The position numbers and the translations under genes were made by a program. Source: Elainellaceae cyanobacterium (GTDB lineage Bacteria > Cyanobacteriota > Cyanobacteriia > CAZCXK01). From it: a DNA stretch of 53,371 bases. Position 1 is the first letter of the stretch, and the number at the start of each line of letters is the position of its first letter. The stretch lies in assembly GCA_051117555.1 (NCBI GenBank), contig JBNPEG010000063.1:1-53371 (forward strand), written 5' to 3'. A model generated the notes under the pieces. That model was given only the letters and a program-made list of their open reading frames with translations, was not told the DNA's origin and made no database searches. Below are positions 17,900 to 28,170 of this stretch, in pieces.

Positions 17900-19261
17900 A
17901 TGGTTCAAGAGCTGAATTTTCAAGCATATAGCGATCGCCTCCCTCCCCAAAATATCGAGGCGGAAGAAGCGATTTTAGGCGGAATTCTGCTTGACCCAGA
18001 AGCAATCAGCCGCGTCTCAGAAATGCTGCGTCCCGAGGCGTTCTATATCGGCACTCATCAGGACATTTATCGGGCAACCCTCATTCTTCATGGACAGGGC
18101 AGACCGACTGATCTCATGAGTGTCACGAGCTGGCTTCATGACCACGATTTGCTGGAAAAAATTGGAGGTCAAAGCCGCTTGGCGCAACTTGTCGACCGCA
18201 CCGTCAGTGCAGTCAACATCGACCAGTATGCTCAACTGGTCGTGGATAAATACATGCGCCGTAAGCTGATTCAGGCCGGAAATGAGATTGCTCAGCTCGG
18301 CTATCAGACTAGCAATGCGCTTGAGACGGTCTTAGATCAGTCTGAACAAAAGGTTTTTGCGATTACTCAAGACCGTCCTCGCCCGGGATTAATTCCGACA
18401 TCCGATATCCTCATCTCGACGTTTACTGATATCGAAAGTCGAGCCGAGGGGATTGTATTGCCGGGTATTCCCTGCGGCTTTTATGATCTAGATGCGATGA
18501 CTCAGGGGTTTCAGCGGTCTGACCTGATTATTGCAGCCGGCAGACCTTCTATGGGAAAAACCAGCTTCGTGCTGAACATTACTCGAAATATCGCGGCATC
18601 TCGTGAAAAACTCCCGGTCGCTATTTTTAGCCTAGAAATGTCGAAAGAGCAGATTGTATATCGCCTGCTGTCGATGGAGGCGCAAATTGAGAGTGGGCGA
18701 CTCCGAGCCGGGCGAATCAGTCAGCATGAATGGGGGCCCCTTGGACAGGCCATTAGCAAACTGTCACAGTTTCCAGTTTTTATCGATGATACGCCCAATA
18801 TTTCGGTGACAGAGATGCGGTCGAAGGCGCGTCGACTCCAGGCTGAGCAGGGCGGAGGATTAGGGCTAATCTTGATTGATTACCTTCAGCTCATGGAGGG
18901 TAGCGGCAGCGAAAATCGAGTTCAGGAGTTGTCACGCATTACGCGATCGCTCAAGGGGCTGGCTCGCGAACTCAATGTGCCAATTATTGCGCTTTCTCAG
19001 TTAAGCCGTGGCGTTGAGTCTCGCACCAATAAACGACCCATGATGTCAGATCTCCGGGAATCCGGCTCCATTGAGCAAGATGCAGACTTGATACTCATGC
19101 TCTATCGAGATGAATATTACAATCCTGACACCCCCGATCGAGGCATTTCTGAGATTATTATCACGAAACATCGAAATGGCCCCGTTGGCACAGTCAAGTT
19201 ATTGTTTGAGCCTAACTTCACTCGATTTCGTAACTTGGCAACTCCGAGTCGAGATGTTTAA
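17900..19261 (+). CDS. dnaB: Replicative DNA helicase, intein-free
   Basis: PPQNIEAEE, AGRPSMGKT, IDYLQLM, LSQLSRGVE and SDLRESGSIEQDAD. Confidence 0.99.
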   Translation: MVQELNFQAYSDRLPPQNIEAEEAILGGILLDPEAISRVSEMLRPEAFYIGTHQDIYRATLILHGQGRPTDLMSVTSWLHDHDLLEKIGGQSRLAQLVDRTVSAVNIDQYAQLVVDKYMRRKLIQAGNEIAQLGYQTSNALETVLDQSEQKVFAITQDRPRPGLIPTSDILISTFTDIESRAEGIVLPGIPCGFYDLDAMTQGFQRSDLIIAAGRPSMGKTSFVLNITRNIAASREKLPVAIFSLEMSKEQIVYRLLSMEAQIESGRLRAGRISQHEWGPLGQAISKLSQFPVFIDDTPNISVTEMRSKARRLQAEQGGGLGLILIDYLQLMEGSGSENRVQELSRITRSLKGLARELNVPIIALSQLSRGVESRTNKRPMMSDLRESGSIEQDADLILMLYRDEYYNPDTPDRGISEIIITKHRNGPVGTVKLLFEPNFTRFRNLATPSRDV

Positions 19262-19281
19262 TTACGGTCATCTGATCACAA

Positions 19282-20520
19282 TCATCCTAGCTCGATGCGA
19301 TCGCCCGCTTGATAAAGCAGTGCCGCCATCAACGTTAAATACTCCCGAAGATGCCGAGTCATCAGGAAATTTTCTCGCACAAATTCTTTCGCCTTGTACC
19401 CCATGGCTTTTAATTGCTCAGGCTGATTGAGCAAATAGCGAATTCGCAACGCGGCACCCTCGGGCGTATTTACTAAAAATCCTGTATGGTAGTTGATTAC
19501 CTGAAGCCGAATGCCGCCGGTGTCGCCACCGATGACAGGTTTTCCTTTCCACATTGCCTCGGTGACTGTCAAACCAAATCCTTCCCGAATTGATTTTTGA
19601 AGGATGATATCTGCGGCTCTCTGAAGCGCATTAATCGTACGATGGGCATCTGGGGGCAGCAACAGGATATGAATATCTGGGTCATCGCCAGCCGCATTTT
19701 TGACTTCTCGAAGCACGATCTCACCCTCTGGGTCGTCTGTTGCACTTCCCCCAGCCAGTACGAGCTGGAGGGATGGCAGGAATCGAGTGGCCAGTTGGTA
19801 TGCCCGAATCACACCCACTGGGTCTTTAAAGCGATCAAAGCGGGAAACCTGAAGCAATAGCGGACGGTTTGGATCAATCCCAAATTGTTGATAGATGGCA
19901 TTTACCTCATCGGGCTCTAGATCGATGTTTTTGTCGCTCAGGGGATCGATACTCGGAGGCACGATATATTGCGGATGGGGCAGAGATTGAGCAAACGCTG
20001 CCAGTGAGAAAATGCTGGCGTCATACGGAGCGACGTACGGTTGTAGAAACTTCCAAACGGGGCGATAGGGATGGCTTGCATCAATATGACACCGCCAGAT
20101 CCATCTGCCCTGGCGATCGGGAAAGTGGCTCAGTAGGGGGGCCGGTTGCGGATCGTGAATAATAACAAAGTCAGCCTCAGTCAATGTCGATCGCAATTCG
20201 TCAGCGTTGCTAGCATTGACGGCTTCGTAATGTTCGAGCAGGCTCGTTGAAATGGGCACCGAATTGCCTTGTAGGGCATTATGCATACTCTTGGTGCACT
20301 GGAAAAATTTCTCATCTCCAGCGATTACCTCCCACGAGACATCCAGGTCTAGCTCTCGCATGATGGGAACGAGTTTTGTGAGAATCTCGGCAACTCCGCC
20401 TCCGACGGCAGTCGAATTGACATGCACCACCCGCTTTCCCTTTAACGGCTCGGCAAGCTGCCGAAGTTGGTCAACGACGTCGTCTCCGGCGACGCGTGCA
20501 TAGGTTTCAAGAATGTTCAC
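19282..20520 (-). CDS. treT: GT4 trehalose synthase / trehalose glycosyl-transferring synthase (TreT-like)
   Basis: HVNSTAVGGGVAEIL, HNALQG, IHDPQP, WRCHID, QVSRFDRFKDP and EGFGLTVTEAMWK. GTG at 20520 overlaps the upstream TGA. Confidence 0.85.
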   Translation of the reverse strand: MNILETYARVAGDDVVDQLRQLAEPLKGKRVVHVNSTAVGGGVAEILTKLVPIMRELDLDVSWEVIAGDEKFFQCTKSMHNALQGNSVPISTSLLEHYEAVNASNADELRSTLTEADFVIIHDPQPAPLLSHFPDRQGRWIWRCHIDASHPYRPVWKFLQPYVAPYDASIFSLAAFAQSLPHPQYIVPPSIDPLSDKNIDLEPDEVNAIYQQFGIDPNRPLLLQVSRFDRFKDPVGVIRAYQLATRFLPSLQLVLAGGSATDDPEGEIVLREVKNAAGDDPDIHILLLPPDAHRTINALQRAADIILQKSIREGFGLTVTEAMWKGKPVIGGDTGGIRLQVINYHTGFLVNTPEGAALRIRYLLNQPEQLKAMGYKAKEFVRENFLMTRHLREYLTLMAALLYQAGDRIELG

Positions 20521-21182
20521 GCGCTTACTCCCAGACAATATTGGCGGAAGGCTTGTGCCAAGTCCTGGCGCAGCTCAGTCAAGCTCGAAAAATAGGGATC
20601 GATTTGGGTTAATGTGTCACAGAGTTTCTCATATTGACCGTTAAAACCAGCCAACCAAAGGCGAAAGTCATCCGAATGCTTGGGCAATCGTCGTCTGGCA
20701 TCAATAAAGTGGTAAAAGATGCTGCTTGCAGATAGATGCGGTAACAGTTCTGCGAGTTGTTCGGGACGTTCAACGCGCTTGTGAGTGTCGAAGACGACAA
20801 TTTGGGATCGAATAAATTCAAAGGGTTCGGTGGCGATCGCCCAGTTCAGGTATTCGCTTTCCTCGAGCCTTTCTTCTACAACATCGACGAGTTCTTGTCG
20901 GAGGTCTTCTAGCGTGGCATATCCGCTCGGATCTACCATCGCCAAGCGTTCGGCCAAGGCATCATCATGCAAGCCGTGTCGTGCCCACGCCGAGAAATTG
21001 TTGTTATATTCGCGCTCTTCAAACTGGGGTTCTAGCAGACTGCCCCAGAAATGAAAATAGATGCTGTCGAGGGTAATGAGCTTTAGGGTATCCCGCAGTT
21101 CTTTGAGACTGGTTGCTTTTCGCCCCGTGGCGATCGCAATCAGCGCACAGTCTTTAATCGCAAACGCATTATCATTAGACAT
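20517..21182 (-). CDS. DUF5752-like protein (TreT-associated)
   Basis: Internally duplicated SIYFHF...NNFSAW...DP / SIFYHF...DDFRLW...DP; coupled to treT. Confidence 0.75.
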   Translation of the reverse strand: MSNDNAFAIKDCALIAIATGRKATSLKELRDTLKLITLDSIYFHFWGSLLEPQFEEREYNNNFSAWARHGLHDDALAERLAMVDPSGYATLEDLRQELVDVVEERLEESEYLNWAIATEPFEFIRSQIVVFDTHKRVERPEQLAELLPHLSASSIFYHFIDARRRLPKHSDDFRLWLAGFNGQYEKLCDTLTQIDPYFSSLTELRQDLAQAFRQYCLGVSA

Positions 21183-21214
21183 GAGGGAATTCCTCCCTGT
21201 GATTTTCGTGTTCG

Positions 21215-22741
21215 CTACTCGTCCATCAGCGCTAATAGCTCTAGGACGACTCCATTCGTCCAGCCGAAGCCAATTTCGTTAGAGCTATAGCCAAAGAAAA
21301 TTTCATTGGAGACGTCAGCAGAGCAGCGTTCTACATCGTACTTTTCCACGATTGTGCCACTTTTCTCAAACTCGTGAGTCACCATCGTGATGAATTTACA
21401 TGCGACTCGGTTGGCTTCCTGACGATAGCCATATCGCCGCATTCCTTCAACGGCCATGAGGGTGAGTGGTGCCCAGCCAAAGGGCGCATCCCACTGGTTT
21501 CCAGAAACGTGAGTGCTGGTGAGCAGCCCACCCGGTGCTTCAAAGTTTTCTAGGTTTTCGACAACGCGTTGGGCTTGAGACTCTGAGGAAATGCCTGCCC
21601 ACAGGGGAAAGAAGGTGGTTGCAAACTCATAGGGACGACGAAGCCCGGTGCGAAAATTGTAATCGAAGTATTGCCCAGCCTCTTCATCCCACAAGAACCG
21701 ATCGATGAGGCGATGACGATGTTCGGCATGACGCTGCCAGTAGGCGATCGCATGGTTATGCCCCAGCAGTTCGTTCATTTGGGCGATGTCTATTTCCATT
21801 TGATAGAGCAAGACATTCAGACACACCGGCGCGTAATGAATAATGTCAGCACTGAATGGACCAAAGCGGTTGGTGATATCAAACCCCGACTCTCGCACGG
21901 AGCGATCGCCTCGATAAAACAGTTCGGTTAGGCAATCTTTGTGGCGATCGTAATATAGATTGACATCATAATCATCAAGACGAAAGTGGCGATAATATTC
22001 TCGCACTCGATCATAGTGGGTGCGACCCGCCTCATCTCGTTCCGAAACCAGGACTTCGATTGCTGGACCTTCGCCTAGCGCATTGTAGTGAGAAAGCCCG
22101 GTTGCTTGATTCAGGTGAGGCGGAACCGCCCAATAAAAATAATAATTTTCGACCGCAGGCAACACGCTTCTGAGCCATGCCCGATCTTGGTTATGTTCGT
22201 ACAGCCTCAAAATCATGCGGGTCATGATTGGCGGCTGAGAACGGTTTAGCATATACGTTCGGTTAGCATTTAACACCGTGCCATAATGCTCAATCTCATA
22301 CACTAGCTGATCGACCATGCTCTGCGCTAACGCCCATTCCCCATCTCTGAGCAACCCCAGCACAATAAAGTAGCTGTCCCACCCATACATCTCATTAAAC
22401 CGTCCCCCTGGCACCACGTAATCATGGGGAAGATAGAGCAACCCGTGCTCGGTAATTTGATCAACCTCAGCAGGCAACACCCGCAAATCAATCTGGGCAA
22501 ATTCTGCTGGATCGAGCACGTCTCGTAATCGGCGCTCGACAATCGAAAATTCTTCCATTGGGGAAATATAGACAATCCACGGCGTGCCCGGGGTGTGCAG
22601 GACTTTTTCGTCTTGAGCCGCATCTAAAATATGGGCGAGCGATCGCGATAGAGTTGACCAGGTTTGCTTAATATAGTCTCGAACCGCTTGAATATTCTGA
22701 GCCGCCGGTAAAGGGGGCGTGGGTGTTGAGAGTTGGGTCAC
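21215..22741 (-). CDS. treH: Alpha,alpha-trehalase (GH37)
   Basis: YVVPGGRFNEMYGWDSYF, NRSQPP, RESGFD, QWDAPFGWAP, EKYD and GFGWTNGV; GAGGAG RBS. Confidence 0.95.
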   Translation of the reverse strand: MTQLSTPTPPLPAAQNIQAVRDYIKQTWSTLSRSLAHILDAAQDEKVLHTPGTPWIVYISPMEEFSIVERRLRDVLDPAEFAQIDLRVLPAEVDQITEHGLLYLPHDYVVPGGRFNEMYGWDSYFIVLGLLRDGEWALAQSMVDQLVYEIEHYGTVLNANRTYMLNRSQPPIMTRMILRLYEHNQDRAWLRSVLPAVENYYFYWAVPPHLNQATGLSHYNALGEGPAIEVLVSERDEAGRTHYDRVREYYRHFRLDDYDVNLYYDRHKDCLTELFYRGDRSVRESGFDITNRFGPFSADIIHYAPVCLNVLLYQMEIDIAQMNELLGHNHAIAYWQRHAEHRHRLIDRFLWDEEAGQYFDYNFRTGLRRPYEFATTFFPLWAGISSESQAQRVVENLENFEAPGGLLTSTHVSGNQWDAPFGWAPLTLMAVEGMRRYGYRQEANRVACKFITMVTHEFEKSGTIVEKYDVERCSADVSNEIFFGYSSNEIGFGWTNGVVLELLALMDE

Positions 22742-22825
22742 AGATTCTCCTCATTTACAAAAAAATCTGACAGGTAGGGCTCACTCACACTACCTTAGCG
22801 AACTAATCATCGACCCACGAGCGAA

Positions 22826-25618
22826 TTACTGACTGACTAGTAACGCGACCGGAAAGCTCTTGAGAATTTTAGCGATGGGTAATTGAGGCTCATCCGGTAA
22901 GGATTCGTCGGTCATCGTGTCGACCCAGTTGCCTCGAATCGCCTTAGGAATTTCGAGATACGTATCTGCCCACACGGCCTCACCTACTGGAAACGTTTCG
23001 GGCTCGACCACCGACGTGAGAAATCGCGGAATCACGGTGAGTGCTACCCGATACCCTTTTTGGCGAGCAAATGCCACGATGTTGTCTTGAAACTGCCCGA
23101 CGGCACGAATTGGGATATATGTTCCCTGCTGAAAAAGATCGAGATGCTCATGCCGAGCCGCTAGGGCTCTAGCGATGGTGAACATTTTGATATGTCCGTT
23201 TGTTGCGTGCTGCTTCAGGTCATCTAGGAGAGCGGTAATGTCAGTCTGAAATCGATGCTTTAGATTTCGCAACGCTTTTAGGCGAGCGTCATAGTCTACC
23301 GGACGACGATTATCTGGATCAACGAGGCTCAGATCCCAAAATTCAGTGCCCTGATAGGTGTCAGGAACTCCTGGAATCGTGATTTTGAGGAGGGTCTGAG
23401 ACAACGAATTGCACATGCCATAAAACGCGATACGCGCTTGAAATGTCCGCAGGCGTGCTAAGAAATCGTTGTCGTCACGGGGATCGAGCAGTTTTTCTAC
23501 AAAGGTAACAAACCCGTCTTCATAGGTTGTGTCGGGCTGCAACCATGCCGTGTGAACTTTTGCTTCTCGCACGGCCTTCACCACATAGCTGGTGATGCGA
23601 TCAACAAAGGTTTGATGATCAAACGACTCAACGGGGAAAACGCCTACCAGCGTTTGATATAGAAAATATTCATCATTGGCATCGGGAATGAGGCGATCGC
23701 CATCATGAACTCGATAGGATTGATTAATTGCTCGCCATGTTTCGACCTCAACTTCCCACTCCTCGGGAATTTCAGAAAGCACATTGAGTCGCGCTCTTAC
23801 GTCTTCGCTGCGTTTTGTATCATGGGTAGACAACGCATTCATCGAATGCATCCAGTGTTCGACTTGGTAGCGATTGGACTCATGAAACTCGTCCACCGAG
23901 GTACCAAACCGATGGGGAGCGCTCCCCACTTCGTTGAGGGAAAGCAGGCGGTAATAGATGTAGAGCAGCGTATCTTCAATCCCCTTTGCCATCAGCGGCC
24001 CTGAAAACTGCTGCATGCGCATGACAAAATACATCCACTGGTTTTTCTCAGCATCGTTGAGCCAGTCTTCATGGTCAAACAGCAGCAATTTTTTGATGAA
24101 GTCGAGCTCGTTCACGAGCTGAGGCGCATTATGTTTCGCAGAGGAAATCACCTTATCGACATAGGCGCGATCGCGCTCACTGACGCCTTCGGAGGTGATG
24201 TAGGTGCGATAGATTGGAAACAGCACCAAAACCTCAAGGATGGCGCGGCGCAACCCATTGAGGGTAAAGTCACTGGCATAGCGATAGCGCCCTGCAATCT
24301 GCTTAAGCAAGTTTGCTAGGTTTTCGACATCTCCCGCCAGATTGGTATCTGCAATCAGGCGTTTACAATCTATTTCAAGCTCATAATACGGACGGTAATC
24401 GCCTCTAAAGTTGTGATAGATGCGATTGAATATGTCTTCTGATTTAGGTTGACAGAAGATGCCGTTGATAGTGTTTAATCCGTCATAGCCTGACGTCCCT
24501 TGGATGGGCCAATCGTTCGGCAATTCTTCGCCCGGTTCGAGAATTTTCTCAACGGTGATGTAGGCATCGCCCACCTGTTCTCTCAGACGCTGCAAATATT
24601 GCTTGGGATTATACAGCCCGTCAATGTGGTCAATACGGACTCCATTAAACGCGTCTGACTGCACCAATTCGTGAATCAGAGAGTGGGTCAGCTCAAACAC
24701 CTCCGGATCGTCGATGCTGAGACAAATCAAGTCATTGACTGTAAAAAATCGGCGATAATTGAGCTCTTCTGCACCTACTTTCCAAAATGCTAGACGAAAG
24801 TATTGATTGGACAGCATTGCGTCCAGCAAATCGAAGCTTGACGGTTCGCCCACGGTGCCATTAAAAATTTCGATATTGCGGTCGATAAATGCTTTGATCT
24901 CGTCGTTTGACTGATACAGCTCCCAAAGCAAACTCTTAACGAAGGTCGCCTGATCCCGTCGCTGGCGGCCACTTGATTCTGCGATCGCACTTTTGAGCAT
25001 ATACAAAATGCCCAAGAGTTTAATAAAGTCGGGGTGCTCTCGTTCGAGCGATCGCCTGAGTTGGGCCAAATCATGCAAAATAAGCTGAGCATATGACTCA
25101 ATCCGCAACGGAAGCGACAACTCGTAATAGTTGATGCTCAACCCCGTTTCGTCATACTTGAGCGTAAGCTGCCCATTTTCTAAACACTTTCCATAAAAAT
25201 CACCCAGCAGAGGCGTCAACACCTTGCCCTGAATATCGTGATAGGGATGCTCCCACTCGATATCAAACATGTTGAAATAGTCGGAGTCAGGCCCATATTC
25301 CAACACGTCTAGAAGAAATTCATTCTGGGTGCTGTATGCCATATGATTGGGCACAATGTCTTGCAGCCAGCCCATATCAGCTCGGTGGAGCGATCGCACC
25401 AGCTCATCAAATTCAGCGCGAGTGCCTAATTCTGGGTTTAGCTCTCGCGGGTCAATGACATCGTAGCCGTGGGTGCTGCCTGTCCGAGCTTTGAAAATCG
25501 GGGATGCATAGAGGTCTGAAATCCCCAATTCACTCAGATAGGTCACAATTACCTGAGCGTCGCTGAATCCGAAATCTGGATTGAATTGGGTGCGGTATGT
25601 GGCTACAGGAATTCGCAT
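22826..25618 (-). CDS. treY: Malto-oligosyltrehalose synthase
   Basis: ATYR, GSTHGYDV, DIVPNHM, NYRRFF, RIDHIDGL, STHDTKRSEDVRAR and SLVDPDNRRPVD. Confidence 0.97.
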   Translation of the reverse strand: MRIPVATYRTQFNPDFGFSDAQVIVTYLSELGISDLYASPIFKARTGSTHGYDVIDPRELNPELGTRAEFDELVRSLHRADMGWLQDIVPNHMAYSTQNEFLLDVLEYGPDSDYFNMFDIEWEHPYHDIQGKVLTPLLGDFYGKCLENGQLTLKYDETGLSINYYELSLPLRIESYAQLILHDLAQLRRSLEREHPDFIKLLGILYMLKSAIAESSGRQRRDQATFVKSLLWELYQSNDEIKAFIDRNIEIFNGTVGEPSSFDLLDAMLSNQYFRLAFWKVGAEELNYRRFFTVNDLICLSIDDPEVFELTHSLIHELVQSDAFNGVRIDHIDGLYNPKQYLQRLREQVGDAYITVEKILEPGEELPNDWPIQGTSGYDGLNTINGIFCQPKSEDIFNRIYHNFRGDYRPYYELEIDCKRLIADTNLAGDVENLANLLKQIAGRYRYASDFTLNGLRRAILEVLVLFPIYRTYITSEGVSERDRAYVDKVISSAKHNAPQLVNELDFIKKLLLFDHEDWLNDAEKNQWMYFVMRMQQFSGPLMAKGIEDTLLYIYYRLLSLNEVGSAPHRFGTSVDEFHESNRYQVEHWMHSMNALSTHDTKRSEDVRARLNVLSEIPEEWEVEVETWRAINQSYRVHDGDRLIPDANDEYFLYQTLVGVFPVESFDHQTFVDRITSYVVKAVREAKVHTAWLQPDTTYEDGFVTFVEKLLDPRDDNDFLARLRTFQARIAFYGMCNSLSQTLLKITIPGVPDTYQGTEFWDLSLVDPDNRRPVDYDARLKALRNLKHRFQTDITALLDDLKQHATNGHIKMFTIARALAARHEHLDLFQQGTYIPIRAVGQFQDNIVAFARQKGYRVALTVIPRFLTSVVEPETFPVGEAVWADTYLEIPKAIRGNWVDTMTDESLPDEPQLPIAKILKSFPVALLVSQ

Positions 25619-25627
25619 GGTGAGTCG

Positions 25628-27460
25628 CTACCGTTGAGCTAATGCATAAAGTGCGATGCTGTAAGGCTGAATCGTCGGAGAATCATTTAGGGTGAGCGTA
25701 TCAGGCAGAGTAAAACCAGGACCGAGCCATCGCTGATCGGCAGAGTCAATCTGTTTGTGCCACGTTCCCCAGGATTGCAAATCGGTCCACGTGACCGCCT
25801 GATCGCCGAAATTCATGATGCCTAAAACTTCTTCCTCTCCTTTCCAGCGTCGAAATGCAACCAGCTTATCGGTTTCACTAACCGTCATTTCAACATACGA
25901 TCGATTGAAATGAGTCAGGGGCGCCAGCTTGCGTCGCAGCCCGATTAGCCGTTGATAAAACTGGCGAAGAATGCCGTGATTGCCCTGCTTACGCTGATCC
26001 CAATTTAGTATGCATCGCTGAAACGTCTCGATGCTCTGGGCATCCGGGGGTTCTCCCTGGGCATGAAACGCCTTAAATTCATCCTTGCGCCCTTGACGAA
26101 CCGCCTCAACTAAGTCGGGATCGGTGTGGCTAATGAAATATTGGAATGGAGCCTCTTCTCCGTATTCGTCTCCCATAAACATCAGCGGCACAGCAGGCGC
26201 AAACATCACAGCACCCGCGGCGAGCTTCAACGATTCAAAGGGAACTAGCGTAGAAAGCCGTTCTCCCAGCATTCGATTGCCGACCTGATCGTGGTTTTGA
26301 GCAAAGACGACAAATTGAGACGGGGGGCGATCGCTCACATCGCTCCCGTGAGTGCGTTTGCGATAGGTGGAATAGTCCCACGTATAGACAAAGCTTTTTT
26401 CGAAGGCTTTTGCAAACTGGGCACAGGTGCCAAAGTCTTCGTAATAGCCGGTTTTCTCGCCGGTTAATAACACATGAAGGCTGTGGTGAAAATCATCACT
26501 CCACTGGGCATCCATGCCGTAGCCATTTTGATCGCGAGGTTGAACCACGCGCACGTCATTCAAATCACTCTCGGCGATCAGCAGGTGCTTGCGTCCCAGT
26601 CGCTCATCGAGTTCGGCAACTCGTTCTGACACCTCTGCCAGAATGGGTTTTGCCCCAAAGTCAAAGATGGCGTGTATCGCGTCTAGTCGCAGACCATCGA
26701 TGTGAAACTGTTCAAGCCAGTAGAGCACATTTTCAATGACAAAATTGCGGACGCCATCGCTATGAGCATCATCAAAATTAATCGCCTTGCCCCACGGCGT
26801 GTTGTATCGCCCTGTGAAATAGGGCGCAAACTGGCTCGTATAGTTTCCTTCAGGACCAAAGTGGTTATAGATGACATCCAGAATCACAGCGAATCCGGCT
26901 TCGTGACATCGGTTCACAAGGCGCTTTAGCCCATCGGGCCCGCCATAGGAATGCTGGACTGCATAGGGATAGGCGGCATCATATCCCCAGTTGCGATCGC
27001 CCGGAAACGCAGACACGGGCATAATCTCAATGGCGTTGATGCCCAGGTCTTTGAGATCATCGAGACGATCGGCGATCGCCTCAAACGTTCCATCTGGGGT
27101 GAATGTGCCCACGTGCAGTTCATAGACAATCAGGTCTTCGAGGGAAATTCCTTTCCAGTTGCTATCCGTCCAGCTAAAGGCATGATGATCGACGACCTGA
27201 GACGCACCACGCACTCCGTCTGGTTGCCAGTGAGAGGCTGGATCAGGATAACTGGTTTCACCATCGAGCTGATAGCGATATTGAGTATCAGCAGAAAGCC
27301 CGCCGATGGTCGTTGTCCAATATCCGCGTTCGTCTGCTGGTTCTAGAGAAATGACTTTTGGATCAGGTGCAACAATCTCAACCGCGACGTTTTGGTGCTG
27401 CGGAGCCCAAACCGTAAATTCACACTGACCATGACCCAGATACGTTGCACCGATTTGCAT
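25628..27460 (-). CDS. treZ: Malto-oligosyltrehalose trehalohydrolase
   Basis: YELHVGTFT, RNWGYD, YNHFGPEGNY, GLRLDAIHAI and QNHDQVGNR. ATG at 27460 (MQIGA) preferred. Confidence 0.97.
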   Translation of the reverse strand: MQIGATYLGHGQCEFTVWAPQHQNVAVEIVAPDPKVISLEPADERGYWTTTIGGLSADTQYRYQLDGETSYPDPASHWQPDGVRGASQVVDHHAFSWTDSNWKGISLEDLIVYELHVGTFTPDGTFEAIADRLDDLKDLGINAIEIMPVSAFPGDRNWGYDAAYPYAVQHSYGGPDGLKRLVNRCHEAGFAVILDVIYNHFGPEGNYTSQFAPYFTGRYNTPWGKAINFDDAHSDGVRNFVIENVLYWLEQFHIDGLRLDAIHAIFDFGAKPILAEVSERVAELDERLGRKHLLIAESDLNDVRVVQPRDQNGYGMDAQWSDDFHHSLHVLLTGEKTGYYEDFGTCAQFAKAFEKSFVYTWDYSTYRKRTHGSDVSDRPPSQFVVFAQNHDQVGNRMLGERLSTLVPFESLKLAAGAVMFAPAVPLMFMGDEYGEEAPFQYFISHTDPDLVEAVRQGRKDEFKAFHAQGEPPDAQSIETFQRCILNWDQRKQGNHGILRQFYQRLIGLRRKLAPLTHFNRSYVEMTVSETDKLVAFRRWKGEEEVLGIMNFGDQAVTWTDLQSWGTWHKQIDSADQRWLGPGFTLPDTLTLNDSPTIQPYSIALYALAQR

Positions 27461-27852
27461 GAAAGTAAAAGTGGGACAAATTGCAATAATTATCGGAAGA
27501 GAGAGAATCTGATAGCATCTACCCAGGGACGGGATTCTGCTAATCAAATCCATTTGGTCGAATCCATTTGAGTGTTACACAAACCTTAGGGAAAGAAAAC
27601 AGGGCTATGGGGTTACGGTTTGAGGATAGTGGAGCGTGGATCGGACATCTAAGCGTGATTAATTTAAGATCAATGGCGATCGCCCCTCGTTAAGAAACGT
27701 CTCAACCCTTCCAATTTCATCCTTTAGATAGGTGCATTAATTGACAAATACATCTCCTGAGGGATTTTCATTTGAGTGCTGCAAGCGTAGTCTACTCTAA
27801 GAGCTATGAACCGAAAGCTAAGTAAAACGAAACGCTAAGGTGTTAGACGATG

Positions 27853-27997
27853 AGTTAGGTATGCTGCAAGAGTTTGGCGTAGGGTGGGCGATGCCCACTG
27901 GTGCAGGGTTTGCGTAAGTTCAGCGTAGGGGGGCAGTGCCCACCTTACTGGTACTATCCCGAAGATCATCGTACATGTAGAACATATATACCTAACT
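27853..27997. mobile_element. 145-bp MITE-like element containing REP-like palindromes
   Basis: TIR AGTTAGGTAT / ATACCTAACT; internal GTAGGGTGGGCGATGCCCAC and GGGCAGTGCCCACCTTAC in inverted orientation. Confidence 0.65.
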
Positions 27998-28042
27998 TAG
28001 GTGTCTGTGAGAGCACACGGCGGTGCATCTCCGTAATAAATC

Positions 28043-28078
28043 TGTTACCTACCGACAATATGTTGCCTACCGACAATA
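28043..28078. repeat. 18-bp direct repeat x2 upstream of glgB
   Basis: TGTTACCTACCGACAATA / TGTTGCCTACCGACAATA. Confidence 0.8.
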
Positions 28079-28170
28079 ATAAAAAGTCTTCCTTAACAAA
28101 ACTCTCGATTGTTCAGGAGAGCGGTTAGGTTCATTGCAAGTAAAGATATTTATAGAGGAAAGGGGGTCTT

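Noticed and set aside
27741..27770. TTGACA -35 box in the treZ/glgB intergenic region
   Set aside because: No convincing -10 hexamer at 16-18 bp spacing.
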